Assembly: GCA_964016885.1 (NCBI GenBank)
Contig: OZ024742.1
Location: forward strand, 243,846,001 to 243,910,000
Direction of reading: 5' to 3'
DNA: 64,000 nt
Source: Eledone cirrhosa
Taxonomy: Eukaryota
The notes beneath the pieces are model-generated. The model made no database searches. It saw nothing but the letters and a program-made list of their open reading frames with translations, and had not been told where the DNA came from. Shown here one piece after another: positions 10,837 to 24,800 of this stretch. The position numbers and the translations under genes were made by a program. The number at the start of each line of letters is the position of its first letter. Positions within the stretch are counted from its first letter, which is position 1.

Positions 10837-13528
10837 TTAAATGGGCAGCAGATTGTGTCTACCATCCAAGAACAGGTACATTCCATTTGGGGAGCTTCAC
10901 ACAATTCTGTCTTCCCAGTTTTATCCATATGAATTGGGGTGATCGGAGGCTTTCATAGAAGACGATGGAGGTGAAAGTGTATGTATGGCATAGGGGTTAG
11001 GGTGTTGGACTCATGATCATAAGGTTGTTTGGTTCTATTCTTGAACAAGATGCTTTATTTCATGTTACTTTTCATAATATGACTGGGCTCCATATCGTTT
11101 AAATGTCCAAGAAACCCTATATGAGATGCAAGTTCACAGGAGGTCAGCGAAACTTGCATACAGATGTGAGCTGTAAATTTAATTTTTTCACTTTGCTTGG
11201 CCAAGGAACCATGACTCATGTTATTACAAAGTGAACTTCTTAACTACACAGCTATGTGAATATTAGATTTATAGGTAGTACTAAATCATAAAAGCTCTAG
11301 CAATTGATTCTATTAATTGCATTGTAGTTAAATAAATATTTATTCATATAAGAATAAGAGAGCATACACTTTCCCGCTTTCTCCTCTTGCTTGACATATA
11401 TGGCTCTTTGATTTCACTTGCAATGCATTTATAGAAAAGTAAGCAGAGTAAAATGTTAGTTACTAGCTGGGATTGATCTTCATTCTCTTCTATGTTCAGT
11501 ATGCATAACACATGATTTTATAGCAGCAGAATAATAAAACATATGGAACATGTTTATTCTTTAAAGTAAAGCAGAGATTGCAATTCAAAGAAATTTCGAA
11601 TTATAAAATGTTGGTGTTTTTTGTAACTACTATGTATTTTTATTTGTGAAAATTCTGTTAGGTATCATTATGAAGAACTCAATGGAGTTATATATTTATA
11701 CCATGGTAGAGATCAGTGACTTTTACTAACTTTATTTAGTTTCTCATGAAAAAAACATCTATGTTTTACTGTCTTATATTATAATAAATCTCTAACTATA
11801 TCGTCATTAGACAGAATTAAAAGTTAAATTCTATTTAAAAAAACAACCCTAAATGGATTGGATTCTATGATAAAATTGTCATAGGATGTGTATTATTTCT
11901 TTAATAGTTTCAGTTATTGGACTGCTGCCATACTGAGACACTACTTATACAGATTTTAATCAATTGTATTGGCCCCATTTTTAAAAAAGCCTGGTTCTTA
12001 TTTTATCGTTGTTTTGAGTCAAACTGCTAAGTTATAGGATAGAAACAAATAGCACTGGTTGTTAAGAGGTACCAATGTAAACACAGGTAGAAAAATATAC
12101 ACATGCACACATATCAAATGAAAATGTAATTTATACAGTTCACACCTATGCAGGTGTAACCGGTGTTTTAGGAGGTTGCATATCAGGAAGTTTCTTGGGT
12201 GTTCTAATGATAGAAGCTCCAGTTCTAGCATGAAAGGCAATGTGAAATGAAGCATCTTGATCAAGAACACAAAGTGCTGCCCGGTCCAGGAACTGAATCC
12301 ACAACCTTATGATCATGTGTCAAACATCATAACTACTAGGCCATGTACCCCCCCCCCCATATTTATATGTATGCGTGTATCTGTATATATTTGTGTGTGT
12401 ATGTGTATGTGAGTGTGTGTGTATATACCTATGTATATATGTGTGTATATGAAGGGCTTCTACTTAATTTCCGTCTATCAAATTTCAATCACATGGCATT
12501 GGTCAACCGAAAGCTATTGAACACTTGCTTAATGTTCTGTACAGCGTCACTGAACCTGAAACAAGGTAATTGTGAAGCAAACCTTTTAAATACAATGCCA
12601 TGGCATATAACTGTTGAAACCTTTTCACTTATACTTTAATCGAAAATATCTGTTTTTTTTTGTATTTGTAGCCCATCTCTTGGACTTTTACAAAGCGCTA
12701 AGGGGATAAAGTTAATATAAAGTGTGTTGTGTTCATGCATGGAGATACTATAAAATAAGGTGAAGACCCTTAAAAATGGAAAAAGAAGTTGCCACCGGCT
12801 GTTATGATGAATGGATGATGGCAACCTCTTTTTTCATCTTTAAGGATCTTCACCCTATTTTATAAGCTACTCTATAGCATCTTCACACACGAAACACCAC
12901 TCTTGATTTTATCTGTTATTTTATTTCAAAATGTTATTATTTCCCATATTCTGTATTTAGAAATAAATAAAGGCACCAATAGCCAGCAGTTAAGATATAT
13001 TCTCACACAATTATGCTTGAACCAAATTAACATATAAACGAGTTAATGAATTGTCTTCTATACTATCTAAATCTCCATGTTAAATTGTGCAAAGGTTATA
13101 TTAGTAGTTTTAACTATAATGTTTTCGAATGTTAAAACCTTGTTAGAAAGTTTTGAATATTTATGTTTTTCAAACTACTGTTATATCAGCGAATTGACAG
13201 TCATTAGAACATTGGATAGAATGCTTTTCAGCATTTGTTCTGACTCTCTGCACTCTGAGTTCAAAACACGCTGAGGTCAACTTTGCTTTCTTCCACTTTC
13301 AAAGTCAAGATCGATAAAAAAAGTACCAGTCTAGAACTGGAGTTGATCCTTCCTTAATATCTCTTTCTCACTTCCTTTCTCCCTCTCCCTTCTTCCCATT
13401 CTCTGGAAGAAATTGGCTGTGTTTAAAATGTCCAAGTCACACTATATGTTTCTATTGTGCCCCTATGATTCCATCAGGAGTCACAGGTCCATGTCTGCCT
13501 ACTACATTATCTCAGCTATACTCCTTAA

Positions 13529-13784
13529 CCCTTTTGAAATCAAACCGGCTGAAAACGTTCCTGGTTCTATTATAGAAAATTATTTGTTTTGAAGTGCTTA
13601 TATTTATCTAAAACCCTTCCATCATAGTTCTATTTAAGAACCTTTATTATGTTATGTTCCAAATACCAGCTTAATAATGAGAACATTTGTTATATTACTA
13701 AATCCATCCAAATTCTTGATTATTTTCAGAAGTATTTGAAAATCGTTGGCAGTATTTTTCATTAGAAATATGGTAATGAGAGGG
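13529..13784. mobile_element. piggyBac-like MITE, same family
   Basis: TTAA|CCCTTTTG...GAGAGGG|TTAT; collinear with 10601-10836. Confidence 0.75.
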
Positions 13785-14362
13785 TTATACTGTTTTAGTT
13801 TGCAACACACTTAATGTTAATTAATATTAACTTTGTCAGTTAGGTTTTTTTTTTATTTGTCTGTCTTCACTCATAACAAAAGTCCAATAAGCAGATTTCT
13901 AGTAAAATACCTAATATGTATGTATACACACACACATATATATGAATATGATTTAATAAAAAAAAAAGCTTCATTATAACCATGAAAATTTAGTTGAACC
14001 ACAGAATTCAGTATTGTACTAAATAGTGTGTATACTCTAATATTTAATTTATCTGCAACAGTAATTTCACACACAATATAACTGATTGATGAATATGATT
14101 TAACATATTTTTATATGAATTCAATACTTGGGAAAATTTGCTAGACTAGTAAACTTGTGTGTGGTCGCTCGACATGCTAAAAATAGCAGTTAAATATCTC
14201 TAATCTCACATCAATACTTTAAATAAGTAGGCTACATTGAACAATGTCCATGATATTCTTTTATTCTTATGTTGGTTTCAGTCATGAGACTGGCTATGCT
14301 GAGGCACTGCCTTTATTTAATTGATCATATTGACCCTACTGGTTCTGCTGCTGCTGCTGTTG

Positions 14363-14400
<38 letters not shown>

Positions 14401-14402
<2 letters not shown>

Positions 14403-15575
14403 AAGCTGATGTATGTTATCCAACCATCTTGCTTGGTGTCTATCCATGGGTCTGCTGTCGGTTGGTTTTGCCCGTAAAATCTGTCCAGCGAATCTTTCCT
14501 GCGACATACTAAACACATGCCCATAGTGTCAGAGCTGTGATCTCTCAATTTGGAGAAGTAGCAGCTCTATCTGCAGTGGTTCTCTAATCTTCGAGCTATG
14601 TACTCTATTGAGTAACGTTACTCCTAAGACCCTTCGAGGAACCCCATTTTGGCCACTTATATTCACGATTGTATTCTTTTGGTCATTACCCAAGAATCAT
14701 AACTTTCGGTAAGGGTTGACACGAATACTGAATTAAAGATAGCAACTTTGGCTTTTACACCTACCCTCCTTCTTCTGATGATCGAATGTTGAAGCTGGCA
14801 CATTACTGCACCAGCTTCTGCAATTTTTGTACTTAATTCAGCCTCCTGCCTTCCATCACTCGCAAACACAGCCCCAAGATACTTGAACTTCTCCACCTGC
14901 TTCAGTGGAACTCCATTCACATGTAGCAGGCTTCCTTGAGAGGATGAGTGCCTCAGTTTTCACAGCACTGATTTTCATTCCAGCCATGCAGCACTCAGCA
15001 TCAAACATATCAAGTGCAAGTCAGAGATCACCTTCCATAGAGTTAGCACAATATCATCTGCAAATTTCAATCAACTGGTTTTACACCTGCCAATCGTGGT
15101 ACCACTTCCAAACTGACTGCGCATGTCAATCCTGTTCATGTAAACAATTGTTTCTACTTTTGGCACAAGGCCAGCAATTACCCAGTACATTACTGGTACT
15201 TTATTTTATCGATCCCGTAAGGATGAAAGGCAAAGTTAACCTCAGCGGGATGTGTACTCAGATCATAAAGGGACGTAACTATGCTGGAAAGCATGTCCGA
15301 CCTTCTTCTGATACTGCCAATCCCATGTAAATAATGAACAGGAGAGGTGACAGTATGCACCCTTGACGGAGTCCAACTTTCGCATTGAATGGTTTCAATT
15401 TAGCACCATTTATCTGAACACAAATACTTGGGCATTCGTATAGAGACACCAGGGCAGCAAGAAGCTGACCATCGATCCCATATTCCTGCAGAACCTTCCA
15501 CAGCAGGTCCTGAGGAAGTGGCCATATGCCTTTTTGAGGTCTACAAAACAAGAATATACCCCAGTACTTACTTTT
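14401..15575 (-). mobile_element. RTE-clade LINE fragment (family 1), interrupted by a SINE
   Basis: Translations CFVDLKKAY, VGLRQGCILSPLLFIIYM, LKQVEKFKYLG and ARWLDNI, with frameshifts. Confidence 0.88.
15149..15323 (-). mobile_element. tRNA-derived SINE (family A) inserted in the RTE
   Basis: Reverse complement of the 18033-type SINE. TSD CATGTAAA(C/T)AAT at 15137-15148 and 15324-15335. Confidence 0.85.
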
Positions 15576-16517
15576 TCAAATCTGGTACTTATTTTTATCA
15601 ATCTCTTTTTGTTGAACAGCTAAGTTATGGGACATAAACACGGATACAGATATAAACATAGGCAAATACACACTCTCTCTCTCTCTCTCTCTCTCTCTCC
15701 TGCAGTTTCCATCTACCAAATTTCACTCACAAGGCATTAGCCAACTTGTGGTTATAGAAGAAGATACTTTCCTAAGGAGTCACATAGTGAGACTGAACCC
15801 AGAAGCTAGTGGTTACAAAGCGAACACCTAAATTGTGCCTATGCAAAATAAATGTGATGATTATGGCAAGAGCATCTTTGATCACAGAAGTGTTTCGATC
15901 TGGGCTAAAATGGGACTAAACTACAACAACAATTGAAGCTGAATTTTATTATTGCTGAATGTCATTTTAAAGTATGAAGTTAAAGAAAGCAATGTCTATT
16001 TTCCATATAAAGTAAAGCAGTAACATTAGTATACTTTGAATAGAGATGCCATATAATGCCTAGAGCAAGGTTTGAAAATTTCACCTTTTATTGAATAGAT
16101 TAGCACCTTATCCATTGAATTGCGATTTCGCAATACAACCATTCAAATTTCTCTTGCAAGAGGTAATTGACTTCCAGAGAGAAATTTTTTTCTACAGTTG
16201 TATAGTAATAGTTAAATCTGCCGAAGTAATTTTTCAAATCAATTATATTCCCTTTTATGCACACACACACATTACACACATATATTATACATACACATAC
16301 CTATATATATATATAAATAAAATACAATGTCTGTCTGTCAAGTACTGTTGCTGTTAGCCATGGGAAATTATATATCACATGGTATTAAAATTAAATTGAA
16401 ATGAGAAATCAAATTGCATCAGTGCAAATTCAAAATACTGTTGTGATTAATATGTAATGTTCACTTTTATGAGCAGTACACTCCCCACTCACCACCACCA
16501 CCACCACTAACAGCAAC

Positions 16518-16518
<1 letters not shown>

Positions 16519-16570
<52 letters not shown>
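16519..16570. repeat. (CA)n microsatellite
   Basis: Direct inspection. Confidence 0.97.
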
Positions 16571-16573
<3 letters not shown>

Positions 16574-16784
16574 TAATAATAATGAGTATCAATAATAATT
16601 GCTTCAACTTTTGGCACAAGGTCAGCAATTATCCCAGTGCATTACTGCTGCTTTATCCTGTAAGGATTGAAAGGTAAAGTTAACCTCAGTGGAATTTGAA
16701 CTCATAATAATAATAAATAATAATAATAATAATAAAAAAACAAACAATAACGGCCAGTTATCAAAACTGATTAATTGGTGGAAC

Positions 16785-16787
<3 letters not shown>

Positions 16788-16845
<58 letters not shown>

Positions 16846-16854
16846 GTGTGTGTA

Positions 16855-16924
<70 letters not shown>
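16788..16924. repeat. Compound (TA)n/(TG)n microsatellite
   Basis: Direct inspection; explains several spurious ORFs in the track. Confidence 0.97.
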
Positions 16925-16926
<2 letters not shown>

Positions 16927-17570
16927 CAGGGTGCGGACGATATTTGTTCGCAAGATTAGTCTAGGAAAAAAAACACAGTAGTTTTATTTTTTAAGATATA
17001 TTTATCAAACTTGGGTCAGTTTGTCTTCATGACTTGTTCTTTTGATCTCGCTCGATAAACCCACAATTGGCTTTGATGACGGCCTCAAGGCGGCCTCGGA
17101 ACCGGCTACAGGCCTTCGTCACTGTCCCCCGACTTAGGCCTTCAGATCGTCAGTTTTACTACCTCACTCAGAACGCGGATGTAGCCATCGGTGTTCAGCT
17201 TGAGGCCCTCAGGGAAGAAGTGAGGTGGCATGACGTCACCTTGACTGCTGACGACACCTAAGACCAATGTTGTCACTGGAAACTTTGTCTGCATGACTCT
17301 GGGCACGTCTTTGGATGAGACACCATTCTCCTGCTGACGCTGAGAAAGTCTGAAATTTCCTTATTTGTCCTCTCGGTGCGGATTCCAAAAAGAACTCTGT
17401 GTCTCTTCCACAAATTTGGAGGTTCAAAATTATTCATAATCAATTATTCTGAAAATAAATAATGGAAATATAGTCACTGTTTTTATGAAGACAAGAGTAA
17501 CAACAGAAGTTAAAAAAATTTGCATAAAATTAGCAGTTGAAAATTGCGAACAAATATCGTCCACACCCTG
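16927..17570 (-). mobile_element. Internally deleted Tc1/mariner element, maT (DD37D)-like
   Basis: 27-bp TIRs CAGGGTGCGGACGATATTTGTTCGCAA / TTGCGAACAAATATCGTCCACACCCTG (1 mismatch), with TA on the left and CA on the right. Minus-strand remnants read KDVPRVMQTKFPVTTLVLGVVSSQGDVMPPHFFPEGLKLNTDGYIRVL and KACSRFRGRLEAVIKANCGFIE. Confidence 0.9.
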
Positions 17571-17574
17571 CATA

Positions 17575-17613
<39 letters not shown>

Positions 17614-18032
17614 AAGAAAGAAACATATATATGTGCACATGTTTCTCTCTCTCTCTATATATATATAGAGGGAGAGAGAAACATGTGCACATATATATAT
17701 ATATATATATATAAACCTACAGATTCTTGGCTTCATTTGACTTAAATAGTAATAAATATGAACAACCCACTCCAAAGTTTTATGTTGTATCAAGTACTAG
17801 AATTTCTATTGCCAATCTGTGAATTAACAATTATTTTTCCTAGCAGTCTGTTTGTCAATGATGTGAGATGGCATATGTTGTAGATACAATGGCTATAAGA
17901 TAAAGCTAAAAATGTTGGTACAGTTGACATTGGTGGATCAATAAAAAATCACTTATATTCTAAGATTGATTTAATCAGTTATATCCTTTCTAACTACAAA
18001 ATCACACTATAATAGAAATCATTATTTTCTTT

Positions 18033-18418
18033 AAGGGCGGTGAATTGGCAGTATCGGTAGAGGGTCGGACGCCATGCTTTCCAGCATAGTTACGTCCCTT
18101 TACGGTCTGAGTTCAAATCCTGTCGAGGTTAACTTTGCCTTTCATCCTTACGGGGTCGATAAAATAAAGTACCAGTAATGTACTGGGTAATTGCTGGCCT
18201 TGTGCCAAAAAGTAGAAACAATTATTTTCTTTAAGGGCGGTGAATTGGCAGTATCGGTAGAGGGTCGGATATGCTTTCCAGCATAGTTACGTCCCTTTAC
18301 GATCTGAGTTCAATTCCCGCCGAGGTTAACTTTGCCTTTCATCCTTATGGAGTCGATAAAATAAAGTACCAGTAATGTACTGGGATAATTGCTGGCCTTG
18401 TGCCAAAAAGTAGAAACA
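18033..18418 (+). mobile_element. Head-to-tail pair of tRNA-derived SINEs (family A)
   Basis: Two ~190-bp units, each with an A-box-like TGGCAGTATCGG, a B-box GAGTTCAAATCC-like motif and the core AACTTTGCCTTTCATCCTTAYGGRGTCGATAAAATAAAGTACCAG. ATTATTTTCTTT occurs at 18021, 18221 and 18419. Confidence 0.9.
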
Positions 18419-18435
18419 ATTATTTTCTTTTTTAG

Positions 18436-18655
18436 CCCTTTTGATACCAAACCACCTGAAATTGGCCTGAATTTATGATACAAAGCTGTTCATTAAAATC
18501 TTCCATCATTTAAAAAAAAAATTATTCTAAATATCAGTTTCCTAATGAAAACCTCAGTTATTTTATTTAATTCTCCAAATTTTGGAGTATTTTCCAAATT
18601 AATTGAAACACTCACATAGGCAGTGCATTCCATTAGAAATATGGTAATAAAAGGA
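18436..18655. mobile_element. piggyBac-like MITE, same family (degenerate ends)
   Basis: TTAG|CCCTTTTGATACCAAAC...GTAATAAAAGGA|TTAA. Confidence 0.7.
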
Positions 18656-19084
18656 TTAAAAGAAATTTGAGGTATGAAGTAAGTGATATAGGAGTTGGTT
18701 AGGGTGTTGAACTTATAATCGTGGATTGTTGCATTATTGTCATTAGCTGAAATGAATGAATACTATCAGCAGCTGAGGCCAAACCCTGCATGTGACTCAA
18801 TTATCATAGAGTGAAGAGTGTTGTGCTCTCAGTTGCTTAATGCCAGTAAGACCAGGATAAACTCCAGTATGATGAGCATCTGCGCTTGAGACAGACTCTA
18901 ACTTATGGACTTAAAGTTGAGACATTGAAATACCACCTAGGAGAACACGTGTGTAGATTAGCCTCCTCTCCCTATTAAAATATTTAATAACACAATTTCA
19001 GCAAAGCAGGAGCAGACTTAATAAAACATATTCTACTGTTCAGACCATAAAAATAATTTTTGAAAGACTGTAATTTCTGTCAGT

Positions 19085-19612
19085 AATGCACCACCTTCAG
19101 CATTCAGTCATCAGAAGGGAGGTAGACGTAAAAGCCAAACTCGCTATCTTCAATTTCGTATTCATGCCAACCCTTACCTATAGTCATGAATCTTGGGTAA
19201 TGATAAAAAGAATATGATTGTGAATACATGTGGCCGAAATGGGATTCCTCTGAATGATCTTTGGAGCATCGGTACTTGATAGAATGCATAACTTGGAGAT
19301 CAGAGAGTTGTTCCGGGTAGAGCTGCTTCTCTGAATTGAGAGATCACAGCCTTAATATTATGGGCATGGGGTCAGAATGTCTAAGGAAAGAATCACTGGA
19401 CAGATTTTATGGACAAAACTAGCTGGCAGGAAACCCAGGGATAGACTCTGAGCAAGATGGTTGGATAACATCCATGAGATTGGCTGATCTGACTTGGGGA
19501 TCAATCTTGATCAATTGGAGAGGGTTGCTTCTGACAGGACCCGCTGAAAGGCATGCTTGATGACTCTGCCCCCACGATCCTCCCAGGAATAAGTGGGCGA
19601 AGAAGTAATGTC
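19085..19612 (+). mobile_element. RTE LINE family 1, 3' fragment
   Basis: Reverse-complement match to 14401-14800. Encodes GRKPRDRL*ARWLDNIHE and ends in CCCAGGAATAAGTGGGCGAAGAAG. Confidence 0.8.
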
Positions 19613-20209
19613 TGTCTAAAGCTGTTTTAATACAAATTTTATTTTTAATATATATTTTTTCATGATTTCCACTTCGGGTGGTGTTTCTGCTAGCCTGTGT
19701 AGTGTGCATATTGATATTATATGCAAGTATATATACATGTAGATATGATACATCAAATAAAATCGTAATTGACAATATACACAGAAATTGAATGAAGACT
19801 GCATTACACTGTCTTATGTAATCAGTAACGTAATCCATTGACGGAAATATATGACTGTTTATTTAAGCGATCGCTAACCGGAAGTGTTGACATTTGAAAA
19901 TTTTAAAGAAGTGAATCTTAAAATAAGCAACAAAATGATTTATATTTAATCACGAATAACGAAATTTAGTAGATAAATTATGTAATATTCATTCATTATT
20001 TATTCAAAGTAATCCAACTTATTTTACAAACGGGATAAAAAAATATATTCTGGATGCTGTCCAGCACTCCTCCCTTTATTATATTTTAGATTTCCTCCCT
20101 ATTTCTAATAACAAAAATATATCTATCAAACTTTGTTTTATATGATGATAATGTATATGATTAAAAAATATGTATAAGGAATTTATTAAAATTTTCATTT
20201 TAATATGTA

Positions 20210-20997
20210 CTAGCAGTAAAGCCCGGCGTTGCTCGGGGTCGCTCAGTAGCTGTGTTAAAGTTACAATGTTAAGTTTCTTTTTTGGCTTAAAAACTGTAGT
20301 GTCTACTGTGCAGACTTGCATGTGGTGTTTTTGATTAATATTCCCCCAACCAACAATATGCCTTATGAAGTTAAGAAAACATAACGATAACCCGAATGTT
20401 ATAACAAAAGAGGATGCTGGGGATAAAAACTGCACTGGTTATTTATTAACAAAGATAGAAAATGTAAACACTGCAACGCAGAGAAAAACATTAGCGTAAC
20501 CAAATTATCAGTTATGTCTGTCTGCACGCCTATATCACCTCTCTGCACGACTGTCTGTCTGCACGCCTAACGACGAAATATTTGCTTGTTTTACGTAGTC
20601 TTTAAATAGACTTGTTTTCAAGTAAAAATATTGTTTTAAAATGCTTTTAAATGGAAATGAAGCAAAACGGAAGCTTAGTGTTCGAACTGATGAATTTTGC
20701 AGGTCAATATTTTGCTGGCTCGACAACTGTTAAAGCCAGCGTAATTTTTTACGTAAGACGCTCAATGTAAACAGAACAAAGAGAAATAACTGATAACTTA
20801 CGCTCAAAAATCGATACATTATATTCGATTTCGTCACATAGGGTGGGTCAATTTGAAATTTTTTTTTTCCCGATGTCTTCGCTAGGGCTCAATGTACAAG
20901 TATAGCAATTTCGGTGGAATTCCGTGAGAGATTCTAAGAGGAGATGTGTGCCAAAAATCGATAGACAGACAGACAACCACAGTTTTATATATATAGA
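20210..20997 (-). mobile_element. Non-autonomous Helitron (788 bp)
   Basis: Minus strand reads A|TCTATATATATAAAA...(CTGT)n...CCCGAGCAACGCCGGG hairpin...CTAG|T. This gives the 5' TC, 3' CTAG, subterminal hairpin and A/T insertion site. Confidence 0.85.
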
Positions 20998-21109
20998 TTA
21001 GAAACTCATTAGAAAGTTTTTTTCTTGTTAAATTTTATAGGGCATGTTAACCTTGAATTCATAAAAAATTTAAAATGTGCCATTTAGTATAACATCCTCA
21101 TCTTCATTT

Positions 21110-21296
21110 GGGTTGGCAGTATCGGTAGAGGGTCGGACGCCATGCTTTGACGCATATAGTTACGGCCCTTGCCATTCTGAGTTCAAATCCCGCCGAGGTT
21201 AACTTTGCCTTTCATCCTTATGGGGTCGATAAAATAAAGTACCAGCAATGCACTGGGTAATTGCTGGCCTTGTGCCAAAAAGTAGAAACAATTATT
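21110..21296 (+). mobile_element. tRNA-derived SINE (family A)
   Basis: Near-identical to the copies at 18033 and 41795. Confidence 0.9.
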
Positions 21297-21809
21297 TATA
21301 GGAAACAGTTTAGACAGTCATTTTACTTCTTAACTCCAATTTCTTATTGTGATGGGTGCAACTCCCCTGCAACCATATGGTTTTATGTTTGATTTCACTG
21401 TGAGGCATGTAGGGAAAGTGCCTTCTACTATACCCTTTGGATGACCAGCACTTTGTGAGGGTAATAGAAACCATGTGGAAGCTTGTTGTGTATGTGCCGT
21501 GTGTGTGTGTGTGTATTAAAAACCCTTGTTGGCAAGGAAAACAGTTATTAAATGATGATGATAACCTATGCCAGCTTGGAAGATGGGTATAAAACGGGGA
21601 TGGCGATGAGGACACAGACGTACGTTTTAGTTAGATTTCAAGGTTTTAAAATATTTTTTTAGCTGATAAAAGCACACATCCTCCATTATTACAAGCTGCA
21701 TGTACTAGTCACAAAAAGTAATCATTAGTCATATATTAGGGTATATATAAATTACCTCAATGCTTACATATTGAGGGCTCATTTTTTGTGAACTGAAATC
21801 GCACTCAAT

Positions 21810-21846
<37 letters not shown>

Positions 21847-24800
21847 TATGTCTCCACTTCATATTCATGTCACCTGGGCAAACACATTTTTCTTATGCCC
21901 TGCATAAACAATATACCCACAGCTCAGCAGTTTTACATTAGAAGACCAGTACTCTACCCCCCCCCCCCCCCCCCATCAAGTTAAGAGAGACATTAAGATG
22001 TGCACAAACTGTTTGAAAAAAAACTTCTTCGACTCATGCCACCATGTAAAAGTGGACATAAAAATGATGATGATGATGAGGAGGGCTGTGAGGTCTGGAA
22101 ATGGTAAAGTGATGGATTAATTAATTTGCAGTATTTAGTCACGCACTTTTATAGTTCAAATCCTGTTTAAGTCAACTTTGTGTTTCATCCTCCAAAAGTT
22201 ATTATAAGTATCAGTCAAGTATTGGGTTCATCTAACTGACGCTACCTTTCTTCATTGCCTTGTGTCTATGTAAGAAATCTTTATTATTATTTACTAAATA
22301 AAATGCCATGTAATATTTTGGTACCTCGTTACATTCTGTGTTCAAAGCTCATCAAAAACACCTTTGCATTTCATCCTTCTTGTGTTGTAAGTACCAGTCA
22401 TAGAGTGGCATTGATTTAATTGACTGTGTCTTCAACCAGTATTTATGGTGTTATGCCAACATGAGAAATCATGATTATTATTTGCATTACTGACTTTGTA
22501 GAGCTCTAGACAGCATGTCCTTCTTATAATCAGTGTTAGGAATCTCTATTTACATTATTATCAGTATATTGGGAAGGTTATCTATCATCATGGAATGAAG
22601 TGAGGTTGTTGTTACATATGTATACTGGCATGGAGAAATTGTTACAATGACAATATCCTCTTGATAAGAGGAGATCTTATTGTTGAACATATAGCTGGAG
22701 ATGTTCCATACTGCTGCTTTATGTGTAATTACCAGTAAAACAGAGTTGCAGACAGAACTCAAAGCTAACATTTCAACACTCCATCATTCAATCACCATAC
22801 TTAAATGTCTTTTAGCTAAGTGTGTATGAGAGCACACACACAAACAATATTACATCCTGCTATTTTCCTTGAAATATTTTTACTCTTTTGCAGGTAGAAA
22901 GCATTTTCCTAAAGATACATAAAATAAACTAGTTATCCAAAATGGATATTTTAATGGTAGCCTTTTGTCAATTTTGATTAATGACAGTACAGTTAGGAAG
23001 TTAAGAGTTCAAACACAATGTTGTTTTGTCATATTCATAAGTCAAACAATGCAATTTTCTAGAGCTTTTCTTTTTTGTTTTCTCCTTTGTTAAAATGTAT
23101 TTTTGAATCACAAGCTACTTTGGGATTGGTTAAACTGCATAAATATTGCAGCTGATATCCTGCAAAAATGAGATAACTGATTAGTAGAATAAGACAATAA
23201 AGTAGTCTATTTGTGTATCAACAGGGAACAAATGTAACATGTTACATTTTTGATCTTATCATACACTGCCATCTTTTTCGAATTCATGCGGTTGATATCA
23301 CTTATCTTAGCTTTTGAATAAACTTTCTTTATTTATATTGGTTAACATATTTATACATACTGTGTAAAAACTTCAAGTATCTCATTGATCTTTGTAAGGC
23401 CTAGAGATATTGAAAGTGTAATACATACATGAAAGAGAGACAGACACACATATGTGGTTAAGTGTTTGCTTTCTATTAAGAACTATTTCTTCAAGAAATG
23501 GCTACCAGGCATTTTTGGACATTGAGTGATTATTGGGCTGTGAGGAAGAGGTTGTAGAATAAATGTAGAGAATTAGTTATTGAAGGCTATTAGTTTGAAG
23601 TACCAGATAACCAATGAAAGATTATGTTAATATAGATCCTAGCAAAAGACAAGAGAAAATGGAAAAGATCAGTCCCAGCTAACCAAAGTGGTATAGCTAT
23701 GTTGTTGTTATTTAGCTCCAAGTCAACTCTAATCGATCAGACCTTTGTTCATAAACATTCTAGTCATGACCATGCTGGCTTTATAGATAATGTTTATCTT
23801 AGACTGTATAATTCAAACATGTTCCTTTTTTAAAAGATGGCAAGGAATGATTTCTAGTAGTTTAGGTTTCTTCATAGATGTATGTATGTGTGTGCGTGCG
23901 CATGCATGTGTTTGTATGTACATGTGATATACTATATTTATATAGTAAGAGTTGGTCTCAAGACAAGAAAGGTGTCTGGTTGTAGAAAAACCTTTTCAAA
24001 AAGCAATTGTAAAAATGATGTTGATGATTGCATGAACAAGTCTGTAAAGGTAACAGAAGGGCAAAAATAAATCAATATAAAAAAAAAAAAATCTTCTTGC
24101 AACAAATACCGTATATACTTATATAACAATTGCACCTTTTTCCGTTAAAAAACAAAAACAAAAAAAAAGTGACCTATCCACTCGACCTACAAAATCTTAT
24201 ATGCATGTCAAGTACTGAGCTAAGAATGTTTTATGTAAAATAAGGTGCAACTTATCTACTGGTGTGATGTATATGCAGTTTATTTTTCTTTTAAAAGATA
24301 TATGAACAGAAGAATTAAATGATTTGAACTACAGAATAATAAATAAGTGGTGCACAGAAAATAGTACTTCAAAAAACATGATTATTAATGTTAAATTCTT
24401 TTGGCATAGTAACTACCTCCTGCAATGTGTTAATGGTTCTTCTAATATTTAACATATTCACTTAATTATTTTATTTTACAAATCATGAAATTGTTCAAGT
24501 TGGATCTTTACTTATAATATTTATAGACACAGATTTAATCAACATTTCAGTATGGGTTGTAATTTTCTCAAATTAATAACTAGAATGATATTGATAAAAA
24601 GTCCATAACATTTCTCAGCCTATTGGTTTAACTTTCTAATTTTCTTTCAGTTAAAATATAAAATATAGGTTGTTATATCTGCCTAATGCTATAAATACAT
24701 AAACCATTGTTTGTAAAATTGTGAGTTTTTAAAATTGCTCTTTTGAAACAATAATTCATAATTAATGACAGTTACTTCTAAACATAAACACATACACACA

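Noticed and set aside
18033-18418. Family-A SINE mobilised by the Dong-like element
   Set aside because: No shared 3' sequence with the Dong 3' UTR and opposite tail polarity.
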